A stretch of 57,483 bases of DNA. Source: Candidatus Woesearchaeota archaeon (lineage in GTDB: Archaea > Nanobdellota > Nanobdellia > SCGC-AAA011-G17 > GW2011-AR20). The stretch is taken from assembly GCA_964419925.1 (NCBI GenBank), contig CAYQPR010000003.1, positions 1 to 57,483 of the forward strand, given 5' to 3'. The notes below the pieces were generated by a model, which ran no database searches, was not told where the DNA came from, and saw nothing but the letters and a program-made list of their open reading frames with translations. Below, in pieces: positions 28,839 to 38,272 of the stretch. A program made the translations under genes and the position numbers. Numbering within the stretch: the stretch's first letter is position 1; every line of letters starts with the position of its first letter.

Positions 28839-29630
28839 TTAAATTCTGACCTCTATTCCATTTTCTTTCATTAATTTTTTAGCATTTATTGCGCTTATTT
28901 CTGTGAAATTAAAAATATTTCCTGCAGCCACAGCGGATGCTTTTCCTTTTTTAATTCCATCAATAAAATCTTCAAATTTTCCAACGCCACCGCAAGCTAT
29001 AACCGGAATATTTACAGATTCGGAAACAATTTTAATTAAATCTAAATCGTAACCTTGTCCTGTTCCATCTTTATCGATGGAGTTTAAAAAGATTTCTCCT
29101 GCTCCAAGAGATTCTACTTTTTTTGCCCATTCAACAGGATCAATATTTGTAGGAATTTTTCCAAATTCTTTGTAAACTTCATACTTTCCTTTATCATTTA
29201 TTTTTACATCAATAGAAACAACTATGCATTGACTACCAAAAATCTTAGAAGCTTCGGTTATAAAACTTGGATTTTCAATTGCAATTGTATTAATTGTTAT
29301 TTTATCTGCCCCCCTTTTTAATCTTTCTCTAATATCTTGGATTGTTCTTATTTTTCCCCCAAATGTTAAAGGAATAAAACATTTCTTAGAAACTTCAGAA
29401 ATAATATCTAGGATATTATCTTTAATTTTAATTTTTGTATCATATCTTCCAAGATTATAATTATCCTCTCTGCTAATATCAAGGTATATCAACTCGTCTA
29501 CTTTCCAGTCATTATATCTTTCTAATTGATGGATTGGGTTGCCTAGGGCATTATGATAATCAAACTTTTCGCTTCTAACCAACATCCCGTTCATCAAAAA
29601 TAAACAAGTAATTAATCTTTTTTTTAGCAT
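28839..29630 (-). CDS. HisF-like cyclase subunit (WbuZ/AglZ-like)
   Basis: 263 aa, (beta/alpha)8 HisF family. DELIYLDISR, ...VIACGGVGKFEDF. Confidence 0.85.
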   Translation of the reverse strand: MLKKRLITCLFLMNGMLVRSEKFDYHNALGNPIHQLERYNDWKVDELIYLDISREDNYNLGRYDTKIKIKDNILDIISEVSKKCFIPLTFGGKIRTIQDIRERLKRGADKITINTIAIENPSFITEASKIFGSQCIVVSIDVKINDKGKYEVYKEFGKIPTNIDPVEWAKKVESLGAGEIFLNSIDKDGTGQGYDLDLIKIVSESVNIPVIACGGVGKFEDFIDGIKKGKASAVAAGNIFNFTEISAINAKKLMKENGIEVRI

Positions 29631-29631
29631 T

Positions 29632-30243
29632 TTAATTCTCTATAAAATTTTTTAATAATTGTAAACCGGCCATTTGGCTCTTTTCTGGATGAAACTGTGT
29701 TCCAGAGATATTATCTTTTTGTATAATTGCCGTAAATTCTTCACCATAATCAAAAGTCCCAACAACAACATCTTCTTCTGGAGTAAAATAATAACTATGA
29801 ACAAAATAAAAAACTTCTGATTTATTCAAATTCTTAAATAAGCAACAATCTTTTTTAAAATATACTTCATTCCAGCCAATATGAGGTATTCTCAAATCTT
29901 TAACTTCTAACTTCTTAACCTTCCCTTTAACAAAACCCAAACCTTTAGTTAATCCGCCCTCATCACCTTCCTCTGCAACTAATTGCATTCCCAGACAAAG
30001 TCCTAAAAAATTTTTTTTTCTTTCCAAAACCTGTTTCTTTAATACATTTATCAAGTTTAAATCAACAAGATTTTTCATGCCATCAGCAAAAGCTCCAACA
30101 CCCGGTAAAATTATGTAGTCTGCAGATTCAATATCCTCAATTTTATTTGAAATTATTGATTTATACCCAAGATATTCTAGAGCATTAGCTACAGAAGCTA
30201 AATTACCCATATTGTAATCAATTATAACAATATTTTTTGGCAT
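29632..30243 (-). CDS. HisH-like glutamine amidotransferase subunit (WbuY/AglY-like)
   Basis: 203 aa. Class I GATase triad context GLCLGMQL and GTQFHPEKS. Confidence 0.9.
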   Translation of the reverse strand: MPKNIVIIDYNMGNLASVANALEYLGYKSIISNKIEDIESADYIILPGVGAFADGMKNLVDLNLINVLKKQVLERKKNFLGLCLGMQLVAEEGDEGGLTKGLGFVKGKVKKLEVKDLRIPHIGWNEVYFKKDCCLFKNLNKSEVFYFVHSYYFTPEEDVVVGTFDYGEEFTAIIQKDNISGTQFHPEKSQMAGLQLLKNFIEN

Positions 30244-30267
30244 AATTTTCTATAGATAAATAAGTTT

Positions 30268-32058
30268 TTATATCTTGTTATTATTTTTTTCCAAGAGAAT
30301 ATCCGAAATTCTTTTGTATGCTTTTCCATCGTGCAAGGCATAATCATTAAAATCTTTTGAATAATTATCAACTAATTTTTTTTTGTTCTTAAATGATTTT
30401 AATATCATTTCTTTTAATTTACCTTTATTATTCAAACCAAGACACATACCTTTATCTATAAATGGATCTGAGTTTGGTTTATTGAAAAAATTTAAGATAA
30501 GAATCGGTTTTTTGAAAAACATCGCTTCTAAATTAACAGTAGATCCGGCACTCATTATCAAGTCTGACTGTTCCAATAAAGAATTTAACTGAAAGTTTTT
30601 ATCCAAAATGATAATATTTTTAACATTTTCATCCTCTAAGATTTTTTTAGGTAAATTAACATGAGAGTCCGATGGATGCGGTTTTACAATTAATATAAAT
30701 TCATTCATTTTATTTATTGTACTAAAAACGGTTCTATAAAGCTCTGTGTGCTCTTTATTGGAGAGAAAATATTTTGGGTAATCCCTTTCCCCTTCCTTGT
30801 TTGTTGGCGCAATAAAAAGAATGATCTTTTTATCTATAGGAATATTGAATTCTTTTCTTATATTAATCTTTTCTCGGTTATAGTAATTGTCGAATTTTGG
30901 AGATCCGGTTATAATAAGATTTTCTTTTCTTAATCCTTGTTTAATAAACCATCGCTTAGATTCTTTTCCCCATACAAACATTTTATCGGTCAGCATCTTA
31001 AATTTTTTATTCTCAACTAAAAAAAGATTATCACTTAAGGTTGTATAACCATGTTCTATAAGATAAGAGCTTTTTTTATTCTGCTTTAACACTTTGATGA
31101 TTATTTGCTCTAGGGGGAGTATATCGTTTGTTGCCACGACAGCATTTATATGTGGTTCTATACTATAAGAGGCATCTATCCACCTTACAAGTATCTTAAA
31201 ATAAACATCAAATAAATAATCCAAACTATCTAAAAAAATATTATAGAAAGAATATCCTTTATATTCTATATTTTTAATAGTTTCATAAAAATTAATTTTA
31301 GAAAACTTAATTGAGTTATATTTTGGTTTATTCCAAAACGTCAAATAATAATCTTGGTCTGAGTTAAAAAAAGATAAACCTGGAACTGTACCACATCGTA
31401 AAATTTTAGCCTTGCCTTTAAGATATCTTAAAATAGATAGGTAAGCATTTTTGCCACCAATAAATAAAATATTCTTTTTATTGTTTTTTGATAAGGTTAT
31501 TTTAAGATAAACGTTTTGAAATAAACCTAAAACATTAATTAGACTATTTTTGATTTTAAAATTTGATAATTTATCCTTCTTATTTATTATGTTAACCTCA
31601 ATTGGAATTTTATTAACAGAACATATTTCTTTAAGAACAGATAAGAATAATTCTGAGTTATCCAAAAAAATAGATCCTTTTTTATTTTGGTGATAGGTTA
31701 TATATATTTTTTCTGGATGTTTATTTTTTACAATATAATTTAAGATATCAACATATTTAACAAGTGTTACGAAATAAAAAGACAAATAATTTTTTATCAA
31801 TGAAGAAAGATCAACGTTTCTATAAATAAATTTATTTTTAAAATTGTAATAAAATTTTTCTAAAAGAATTTCTGATCTGTTTTCTACATTTTTTAATAGC
31901 TTAATTGGATAAAATTCTTCTATGTTATGTTTCTCTATCTTTTCTAAAGGAAAATTTAGAAAATCTTTTGGTGGATAGTCTAATAAAATAATATTATTTG
32001 TATTAAAATCTTTTAATTTTCTGAATTCTTCAAAATCTAAAAAAATTAATTTTTCCAT
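30268..32058 (-). CDS. Large uncharacterised protein with a C-terminal GT-B/TagF- or KpsS-like domain (candidate nonulosonate or phospho-sugar transferase)
   Basis: 596 aa. C-terminal half has ITGSPKFDNYY...ILFIAPT...VKPHPSD...SAGSTVNLEAMFFKKPILIL, reminiscent of CDP-glycerol glycerophosphotransferase/capsule-synthesis folds. The N-terminal half is unrecognised. Confidence 0.3.
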   Translation of the reverse strand: MEKLIFLDFEEFRKLKDFNTNNIILLDYPPKDFLNFPLEKIEKHNIEEFYPIKLLKNVENRSEILLEKFYYNFKNKFIYRNVDLSSLIKNYLSFYFVTLVKYVDILNYIVKNKHPEKIYITYHQNKKGSIFLDNSELFLSVLKEICSVNKIPIEVNIINKKDKLSNFKIKNSLINVLGLFQNVYLKITLSKNNKKNILFIGGKNAYLSILRYLKGKAKILRCGTVPGLSFFNSDQDYYLTFWNKPKYNSIKFSKINFYETIKNIEYKGYSFYNIFLDSLDYLFDVYFKILVRWIDASYSIEPHINAVVATNDILPLEQIIIKVLKQNKKSSYLIEHGYTTLSDNLFLVENKKFKMLTDKMFVWGKESKRWFIKQGLRKENLIITGSPKFDNYYNREKINIRKEFNIPIDKKIILFIAPTNKEGERDYPKYFLSNKEHTELYRTVFSTINKMNEFILIVKPHPSDSHVNLPKKILEDENVKNIIILDKNFQLNSLLEQSDLIMSAGSTVNLEAMFFKKPILILNFFNKPNSDPFIDKGMCLGLNNKGKLKEMILKSFKNKKKLVDNYSKDFNDYALHDGKAYKRISDILLEKNNNKI

Positions 32059-32090
32059 ATAAAAATAACATTAATATCAATTTAAATGAT

Positions 32091-33593
32091 TTACCCTTTT
32101 CTTAGAAATTTATTAAAAAAAGAGGATAGGATGTACTTATCCTCTTTATCGAAAGATTTCAATAAGATATTTAGAATTAAATAAATAATAGAGAAAGCTA
32201 CAGAAAGAACAATTGTATTGCCAATAGAGATATTTATATCCTCTTTTAATAAATAAATTATAAATGTAGATATTAGTGCAGAAATAATAAATTTAATATA
32301 AGATAGTTTTAGGGTAAAATTTCCGGAAAGTCTGTAAGCCAAAAAGGCATATATAAAATAATCTAGAATTAAGGCAAATGATGTTCCTATTGCACCTCCA
32401 ATAATACCATATCTTGGTATTAATAATAAATTTATTGTGATACTAAATAAAGAAGTTACAAGTCCTATGTGAAACACCATCTTAGTTTTTTTCATCATTA
32501 TAAGAATGCTCGAATTTATATGGGTGAGTGAATGAATCATATAACCAAAGAGAAGGATAATAAAAGATGTTGTACCTATAATATACTCCCCTCCAAACAT
32601 TATTCTTAATATATCTCTTGATAAAATAAGTAGCATGATAAAGATAGGCAGATTACAAAAGAATATCCATTTAGAAGTTCTTATAGAAACCTCGTTTATC
32701 TCTTTTTTATTTTTCTTGCTATAAAGATTGGTTACAATTGGCAAAAAGATAATCATTAATGCTGTTGGTACTAAGGTTAATAGACTCGCGGTTGCTAAAG
32801 TTGCGTTATAAATCCCTACATCAGACGCTGTTCTAAAATAACCTATGAGCAAGAGATCGCCCCATTTTATTACTAAAGTAAATAGGCCTGCAAAAAACAA
32901 TGGCAATGAAAATTTAAATAATTCTTTTGTAATAAATTCTGTTTTTATATTTTTATTTATTATTTTAAATGTTTTCTTTTGAACAAAATATAAAGATAGA
33001 ATAAAGGTTACTATAACTGAAATTAAATATGCAATTGCTGCTCCAAAAACCTTATAGCCAAAATATATTAAAACAAAAGTTAGAACAAATTTTACTATAT
33101 TTTCTATTACTTCATTGATCACAATTTGGTAAGTAACTTTTTTGAAACCAATCATTACACTAGCAAAAAGATTACTCAGTACTATTAATGGGATTGTGAA
33201 GGAAAATAATCTTAAAATAGGTACTAGATTAGAATTATGAAAGATGTTTATTGAGATTTTGTTGGCAAAAAAGAATAATAAAAAAGTAAAAAATAGACTT
33301 ATTGGGACGGATATCTTTATGGAAGATAATACTGTACCTTTAATTTTTTTATCATTATTTTTGCCTATAAAAAAGGGGATGTACCTTGTTAAACCCGTGT
33401 TCAAACCAAGCATTGATATGAAAACTAAAAATGATGTTATGGTAAATCCCAAACTTAATAACCCATATTCAGAACTCCCCAATCTAGCAATTAATGCGAC
33501 ATACAAATAAATCAAACCCTTTCCAAAAACCATTCCAAAAAAAGTTATAATCGCTCCAACAACTATTTGATGAGAAATTTTAGTATTTTTCAT
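32091..33593 (-). CDS. MOP-superfamily oligosaccharide flippase (Wzx-like)
   Basis: 500 aa, about 14 hydrophobic helices, typical 'polysaccharide biosynthesis protein' architecture. First gene of the minus-strand operon 33593 to 26602. Confidence 0.8.
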   Translation of the reverse strand: MKNTKISHQIVVGAIITFFGMVFGKGLIYLYVALIARLGSSEYGLLSLGFTITSFLVFISMLGLNTGLTRYIPFFIGKNNDKKIKGTVLSSIKISVPISLFFTFLLFFFANKISINIFHNSNLVPILRLFSFTIPLIVLSNLFASVMIGFKKVTYQIVINEVIENIVKFVLTFVLIYFGYKVFGAAIAYLISVIVTFILSLYFVQKKTFKIINKNIKTEFITKELFKFSLPLFFAGLFTLVIKWGDLLLIGYFRTASDVGIYNATLATASLLTLVPTALMIIFLPIVTNLYSKKNKKEINEVSIRTSKWIFFCNLPIFIMLLILSRDILRIMFGGEYIIGTTSFIILLFGYMIHSLTHINSSILIMMKKTKMVFHIGLVTSLFSITINLLLIPRYGIIGGAIGTSFALILDYFIYAFLAYRLSGNFTLKLSYIKFIISALISTFIIYLLKEDINISIGNTIVLSVAFSIIYLILNILLKSFDKEDKYILSSFFNKFLRKG

Positions 33594-33684
33594 AAAATGC
33601 CCTTATTAAAAGTGTATTTAAATATTACTTATAGATAAGATACTCATAGATTAATTTTTAAATATTCCTATATTAATACAGAAT

Positions 33685-34740
33685 ATGAGGCCAGAAGAAT
33701 TTTATCAGGAATTAAAGAAAAATGGATTTGGTCCATTTACAGGTGTAGCAGATTCTTCATTTGGTGGTTTCTTTAATTACTTAGAAGAATTAAATGAATA
33801 TACTCCTGCTGCTAATGAGGGGTTAGCTTTAGCAATGGCTACTGGTTCTTATCTATCGGGAAAAAAACCAGTTGTTTTATTACAGAATGCGGGTATTGGT
33901 AATTTAATTAATCCCCAAACCTCTTTAAATGATTTATATAAAATAAAATCTTTATTATTAATTGGTTGGAGAGGTAATCCGAGTAAACCAAAAGATGCTC
34001 CCGAGCATTGGTTAATGGGAGAAAAAACTTTAGAGTTTTTGAAATTAGCAAACATAGAAACAAAAGTTCTAGAATCTTTGGATGATATAAAATGGGCAAA
34101 TGATAAGTTGAAAGAAAATAGTACGGTTGCGTTAATAATAAACTCGGGATTAATAGAAGAATACCACAAAAAATTTAATAACGATTATCCGATGTCTAGA
34201 TATGAAGCAGTGGATATTATTTCTAAGTATACTAAGGGAATGAAAAGATTTTCTACTACTGCAATGATATCGAGAGAATTGTATGAGTTAGATGATTCAG
34301 ATAAAAATTTTTATATAATTGGTTCTATGGGGCACATTGGAGCAATTGGACTGGGTTATTCTTTAGAAAATAAAAATGATAAAATAATAGTTTTAGATGG
34401 GGATGGCGCTTTATTAATGCATTTGGGAATATTATCAACAATTGGGAATGTTAAACCTAAAAATTTCTTACATGTTTGTTTAGATAATGAAAGTTATTCT
34501 TCTACAGGGTTGCAATCAACAACTTCTAAAACAACAAATTTAGAAAAAATAGCTTTAGATTGTGGTTATAACAATACAATTAAGGTAATAAACAAAGATG
34601 AACTGGAAGAAAATCTAAAAAGATTTATTCAAATAGAAGGTCCAAATTTTATTTTAGTTAAAGTTAACTCTGGAAATAAAGATAAAATAAAGAGAATCGA
34701 AATAAGTCCGGAAGAAATTACTAGAAGGTTTATGAAATGA
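33685..34740 (+). CDS. ppd: Phosphonopyruvate decarboxylase (TPP-dependent, fused alpha/beta)
   Basis: 351 aa. TPP motif GDGALLMHLGILSTIGNVKPKNFLHVCLDNESY. Directly linked to a PEP mutase gene. Confidence 0.8.
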   Translation: MRPEEFYQELKKNGFGPFTGVADSSFGGFFNYLEELNEYTPAANEGLALAMATGSYLSGKKPVVLLQNAGIGNLINPQTSLNDLYKIKSLLLIGWRGNPSKPKDAPEHWLMGEKTLEFLKLANIETKVLESLDDIKWANDKLKENSTVALIINSGLIEEYHKKFNNDYPMSRYEAVDIISKYTKGMKRFSTTAMISRELYELDDSDKNFYIIGSMGHIGAIGLGYSLENKNDKIIVLDGDGALLMHLGILSTIGNVKPKNFLHVCLDNESYSSTGLQSTTSKTTNLEKIALDCGYNNTIKVINKDELEENLKRFIQIEGPNFILVKVNSGNKDKIKRIEISPEEITRRFMK

Positions 34741-35882
34741 AGTACTATATGCCCACAGAGATCTATTTTGGTAACGGGAATCTAAATAAAACACAAGAGA
34801 TCGTTAAAGAAAATAATCCAGAAAATATTTTATTGATAACTGGAAAAAATTTTGCTAAAAAAGCAGGTTTACAAGAAAAATTATCTTCCAACTTAAAAGA
34901 TTATCAAGTGAATATCTATGATAAAGTTAATCCAATTCCGAAATTGGAGGATGTTGAAGATGCATTAAGGTTTGCAAAACAACAAAATATAGATTTGATT
35001 ATAGGTTTGGGGGGGGGGAGTGTTCTTGACATATCAAAAATAACTTCTATAATGTTGAGAAACGAAGGAAATGTTTTAGATTATGTTAATAAAAAGATAA
35101 AGAATAGAGGTATAACACTTATTGCAATTCCTACAACATCAGGAACCGGATCTGAAGTAAGTCCATTTGCTGCTTTTTATTATAATAAGAAAAAACAATC
35201 TTTCGGAGGTATAAAGGACCATCTAGTTTATCCTCACTATGCAGTTGTAGATCCAGAATTGACATTAACTATGCCAAATGAAGTTGTAGCCTCTTCTGGT
35301 TTAGACGCATTATCACAAGCACTTGAATCTTATTGGAGCATTAATTCAAATGATTTATCAGATATTCATGCGATTCAATCCATAAAATTAATCTTAACTA
35401 ATTTAGAGAATAGTTATCTTTCTAATGATCTTAAATATAAATATAATATGAGTAAGGCTAGTTTAGAGGCCGGATTAGCATTTAGTCAGACTGCAACAAC
35501 AGCGCCCCATTCAGTATCATATCCAATGACTGCCCATTTTAATTTAAGTCATGGTTTTGCATGTGCTTTAACATTACCAGAATTTTTACGGTATAATTAT
35601 GAAATAAATAAAGATAATTGTATAGATGAAAGGGGGCATATTTTTGTCAGAGAAAAATTAGATAATTTATTGAATGAATTAGATATGAAATCTTTATTGA
35701 ATCTTAGTGACTCAATTAAAAATTTGATGATAAAAGTTAATGCACCTTTAACGTTAAGTAAAGTGGGTATAGAAAATTATAATGTTATTTTGGAAGAGGG
35801 ATTTACTCCAGAAAGGATGAGTAATAATCCAAGGTTAGTTACTAAAGAAGATTTAGCTAGAATATTGTATAGAATAAGATAG
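34737..35882 (+). CDS. Iron-containing (group III) alcohol dehydrogenase, predicted phosphonoacetaldehyde reductase
   Basis: 381 aa. GLGGGSVLD nucleotide-binding motif and AIPTTSGTGSE. 4-nt overlap with ppd. Confidence 0.75.
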   Translation: MKYYMPTEIYFGNGNLNKTQEIVKENNPENILLITGKNFAKKAGLQEKLSSNLKDYQVNIYDKVNPIPKLEDVEDALRFAKQQNIDLIIGLGGGSVLDISKITSIMLRNEGNVLDYVNKKIKNRGITLIAIPTTSGTGSEVSPFAAFYYNKKKQSFGGIKDHLVYPHYAVVDPELTLTMPNEVVASSGLDALSQALESYWSINSNDLSDIHAIQSIKLILTNLENSYLSNDLKYKYNMSKASLEAGLAFSQTATTAPHSVSYPMTAHFNLSHGFACALTLPEFLRYNYEINKDNCIDERGHIFVREKLDNLLNELDMKSLLNLSDSIKNLMIKVNAPLTLSKVGIENYNVILEEGFTPERMSNNPRLVTKEDLARILYRIR

Positions 35883-35946
35883 ATTATCAAAACAGTTATA
35901 AAACTTTGTTTATTTATATTGAATAAATAACGAGTAAGAGGTTAAT

Positions 35947-37239
35947 ATGAAAAAGGTATATGTTGGTTTAAGTGCAGATTTGTTACATCCCGGCCATCTT
36001 AATGTGATAGATGAGGCTAGAAAACTTGGAGAGGTGACTATAGGTTTACTAACTGATAAAGCAATTGCTAGTTATAAAAGACTACCTTTTTTATCATATG
36101 AACAAAGAAAGATTGTTGTAGAAAATATTAAAGGTGTTAAAGAAGTTATTCCTCAAGAAACTTTAGATTATACAGATAATTTAAGAAAAGTTATGCCAGA
36201 TTATGTTGTACATGGTGATGATTGGAAAACAGGCATTCAACAAAAAACTAGGGAAAAGGTTATTGAAGTATTAAAGGAATGGGGTGGAGAATTAGTAGAG
36301 CCTCGATACACAAAAAATATTTCTTCAACACAACTCAATAATGCTTTAAGGGAATTAGGATATACCCCTGAAATTAGGATGAAGATATTAAGAAGATTGA
36401 TTAACACAAAATCAATTGTAAGAATTTTAGAAGCACATAATGGGTTAACTGGATTAATTGTTGAGAATACAAAAGTTGAAAAAGATAATAAAATTAAAGA
36501 ATTTGATGGTATATGGGTTAGTAGTTTAACTGATTCTTTATCAAAAGGCAAACCCGATAATGAAGTTGTTGATTTTACATCTAGATTAAGCACAATAAAT
36601 CATATTTTAGAAGTAACTACTAAACCAATCATCGTTGATGGAGATACCGGAGGAAATGCGGAACATTTTGTTTCTATTGTAAAAACTCTTGAAAGACTCG
36701 GTGTTTCAGCGGTTATAATAGAGGATAAAGTAGGATTAAAAAAAAATTCTTTATTTGGAACTGATGTTGAACAGATACAAGATACAATAGAAAATTTTTC
36801 AGCTAAGATTAGAGCAGGAAAAAACGTACAAATGACCGATGATTTTATGATAATCGCAAGAATTGAAAGCTTAATCTTGAAAAAAGGAGTATGGGAGGCT
36901 ATTATCAGAGCAAAAGCTTATATCGAAGCGGGTGCCGATGCAATAATGATTCATAGTAAGGAAAAGAGTTTCGATGAGATAAAAGAATTTTGTAAAGAGT
37001 ACTCTAAATTTGAAAATAAAATTCCATTAGTTGCCGTTCCGTCAACATATTCTCATGTTACTGAAAAAGAGCTCGTAGATAATGGAATTAATGTGGTAAT
37101 TTATGCTAATCATTTAATCAGGGCAGCTTATCCTGCTATGATAAAAACAGCGGAATCTATTCTATCAAATGAAAGAGCTTATGAAGCTGAAAATAACTTG
37201 TTAGGTATTAAAGAATTAATAAGTTTAATCGAGAAATAA
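35947..37239 (+). CDS. Bifunctional cytidylyltransferase / phosphoenolpyruvate mutase (Fom1-like domain architecture)
   Basis: 430 aa. Residues 1-~130 are TagD-like, with HxGH (HPGH, aa 14-17). The remainder is isocitrate-lyase/PepM fold with the PepM-diagnostic EDKX5NS motif ([10 protein letters not shown], nt 36721-36750). Confidence 0.9.
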   Translation: MKKVYVGLSADLLHPGHLNVIDEARKLGEVTIGLLTDKAIASYKRLPFLSYEQRKIVVENIKGVKEVIPQETLDYTDNLRKVMPDYVVHGDDWKTGIQQKTREKVIEVLKEWGGELVEPRYTKNISSTQLNNALRELGYTPEIRMKILRRLINTKSIVRILEAHNGLTGLIVENTKVEKDNKIKEFDGIWVSSLTDSLSKGKPDNEVVDFTSRLSTINHILEVTTKPIIVDGDTGGNAEHFVSIVKTLERLGVSAVIIEDKVGLKKNSLFGTDVEQIQDTIENFSAKIRAGKNVQMTDDFMIIARIESLILKKGVWEAIIRAKAYIEAGADAIMIHSKEKSFDEIKEFCKEYSKFENKIPLVAVPSTYSHVTEKELVDNGINVVIYANHLIRAAYPAMIKTAESILSNERAYEAENNLLGIKELISLIEK

Positions 37240-37315
37240 TCATTTCTAAGATTGGGTTTTTAAAAAGTCTCAAAACATAAATAATCTTATAAACTAAATT
37301 AATAATAAATTTTTT

Positions 37316-38272
37316 ATGAAATTATCAAAAATAGTTGGATTATTATTGGGTGTTGTAATTGTTTTTTTAATAGTTAAAAGTATAGGAGGTAATAATTTAA
37401 TAAATGTTTTAAAAAATTTTAATTTTCTGTATTTACCATTAATTATAGTCGCATTGATATTAGATTATGTTTTGGGTGGATTAAACACATGGATTATTGT
37501 TAGAGGCTTCAAAAAAATTTCTTTATTTTATCTCATCAAAGCTACATTTATAACCCTAGTTTATGCTGCATTTTTACCTGGAAAACTCGCTGACTTGTTA
37601 ATTATTCCTTTTCTAAAAAGAAAAAAATTAAGTTTAAGTCAGGCCACAATAAGTATAGGTTTAGATAAAATAATTAGTTTATTAATAAGAGTTTTATTTG
37701 GTTTATTTGGTGCGATATTTATATTAAAGAAATTTAACTTTTTATTTATAGGCATACCGTTAATGGCTTTGTTAATAACTCTTTTTATAATCTTGTTTAC
37801 ACATTCTAAAAAAATTAAGGAAATTATAAAACATAAATTATTGAAAAAATATTCATTTTTATTTAAAGGCTTTTCTAAAAATTTAAAGTATTACATTAAA
37901 AAGAACAAAAAATATTTGTTTTATAATGTAATTATAACAATAATAAAAACATTTTTAGAAGCACTACTCTTCTTTTTTTTGTTCTTATCGCTCGGGCAAG
38001 AAACAAATATAATCACACTCTTTTTTATCTTTTCTTTATTATCTATAATAATGCTACTGACATTCCCAATAGGTATATCTGGAATAGGGGTTAGAGAGGG
38101 AATTGGCATACTTGTTTTTGGTTTAGTTGGTGTAAATTCGGCGGTAGTCTTTAATTCGTTTATATTAAGATTAATTTTAATTTATTTAATAAATTTAGTT
38201 ACGATAATCATTCATAGAGAAGAGTTAAATGTATTGAAAGAAACTGCTCTGATTAAAAAATTTAATAGTTAG
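37316..38272 (+). CDS. Polytopic membrane protein (lysyl-PG-synthase TM-region/flippase-like, UPF0104-type)
   Basis: 318 aa, about 8 TM helices. GISGIGVREG motif near the C-terminus is typical of this family. Confidence 0.55.
   Translation: MKLSKIVGLLLGVVIVFLIVKSIGGNNLINVLKNFNFLYLPLIIVALILDYVLGGLNTWIIVRGFKKISLFYLIKATFITLVYAAFLPGKLADLLIIPFLKRKKLSLSQATISIGLDKIISLLIRVLFGLFGAIFILKKFNFLFIGIPLMALLITLFIILFTHSKKIKEIIKHKLLKKYSFLFKGFSKNLKYYIKKNKKYLFYNVIITIIKTFLEALLFFFLFLSLGQETNIITLFFIFSLLSIIMLLTFPIGISGIGVREGIGILVFGLVGVNSAVVFNSFILRLILIYLINLVTIIIHREELNVLKETALIKKFNS

Noticed and set aside
28839-30243. HisH/HisF as histidine biosynthesis genes (imidazole glycerol phosphate synthase).
   Set aside because: No other his genes are nearby. 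The pair is fused into an operon with a PP-loop N-acetyl sugar amidotransferase, the diagnostic WbuXYZ/AglXYZ arrangement.
33685-34740. Sulfopyruvate decarboxylase (ComDE, coenzyme M pathway), given the nearby sulfate-activation genes.
   Set aside because: The gene is in an operon-like run with a PEP mutase carrying EDKX5NS. No other CoM genes (comA/B/C) are present. The cysDN operon is 20 kb away on the other strand.
33685-37239. Interpretation as a fosfomycin (or other phosphonate antibiotic) biosynthetic gene cluster.
   Set aside because: Only the early steps are present (PepM, Ppd, ADH, cytidylyltransferase). No radical-SAM/B12 methyltransferase, epoxidase, dioxygenase, ATP-grasp/NRPS or resistance gene is visible. 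The surroundings are glycan/lipid transferases.
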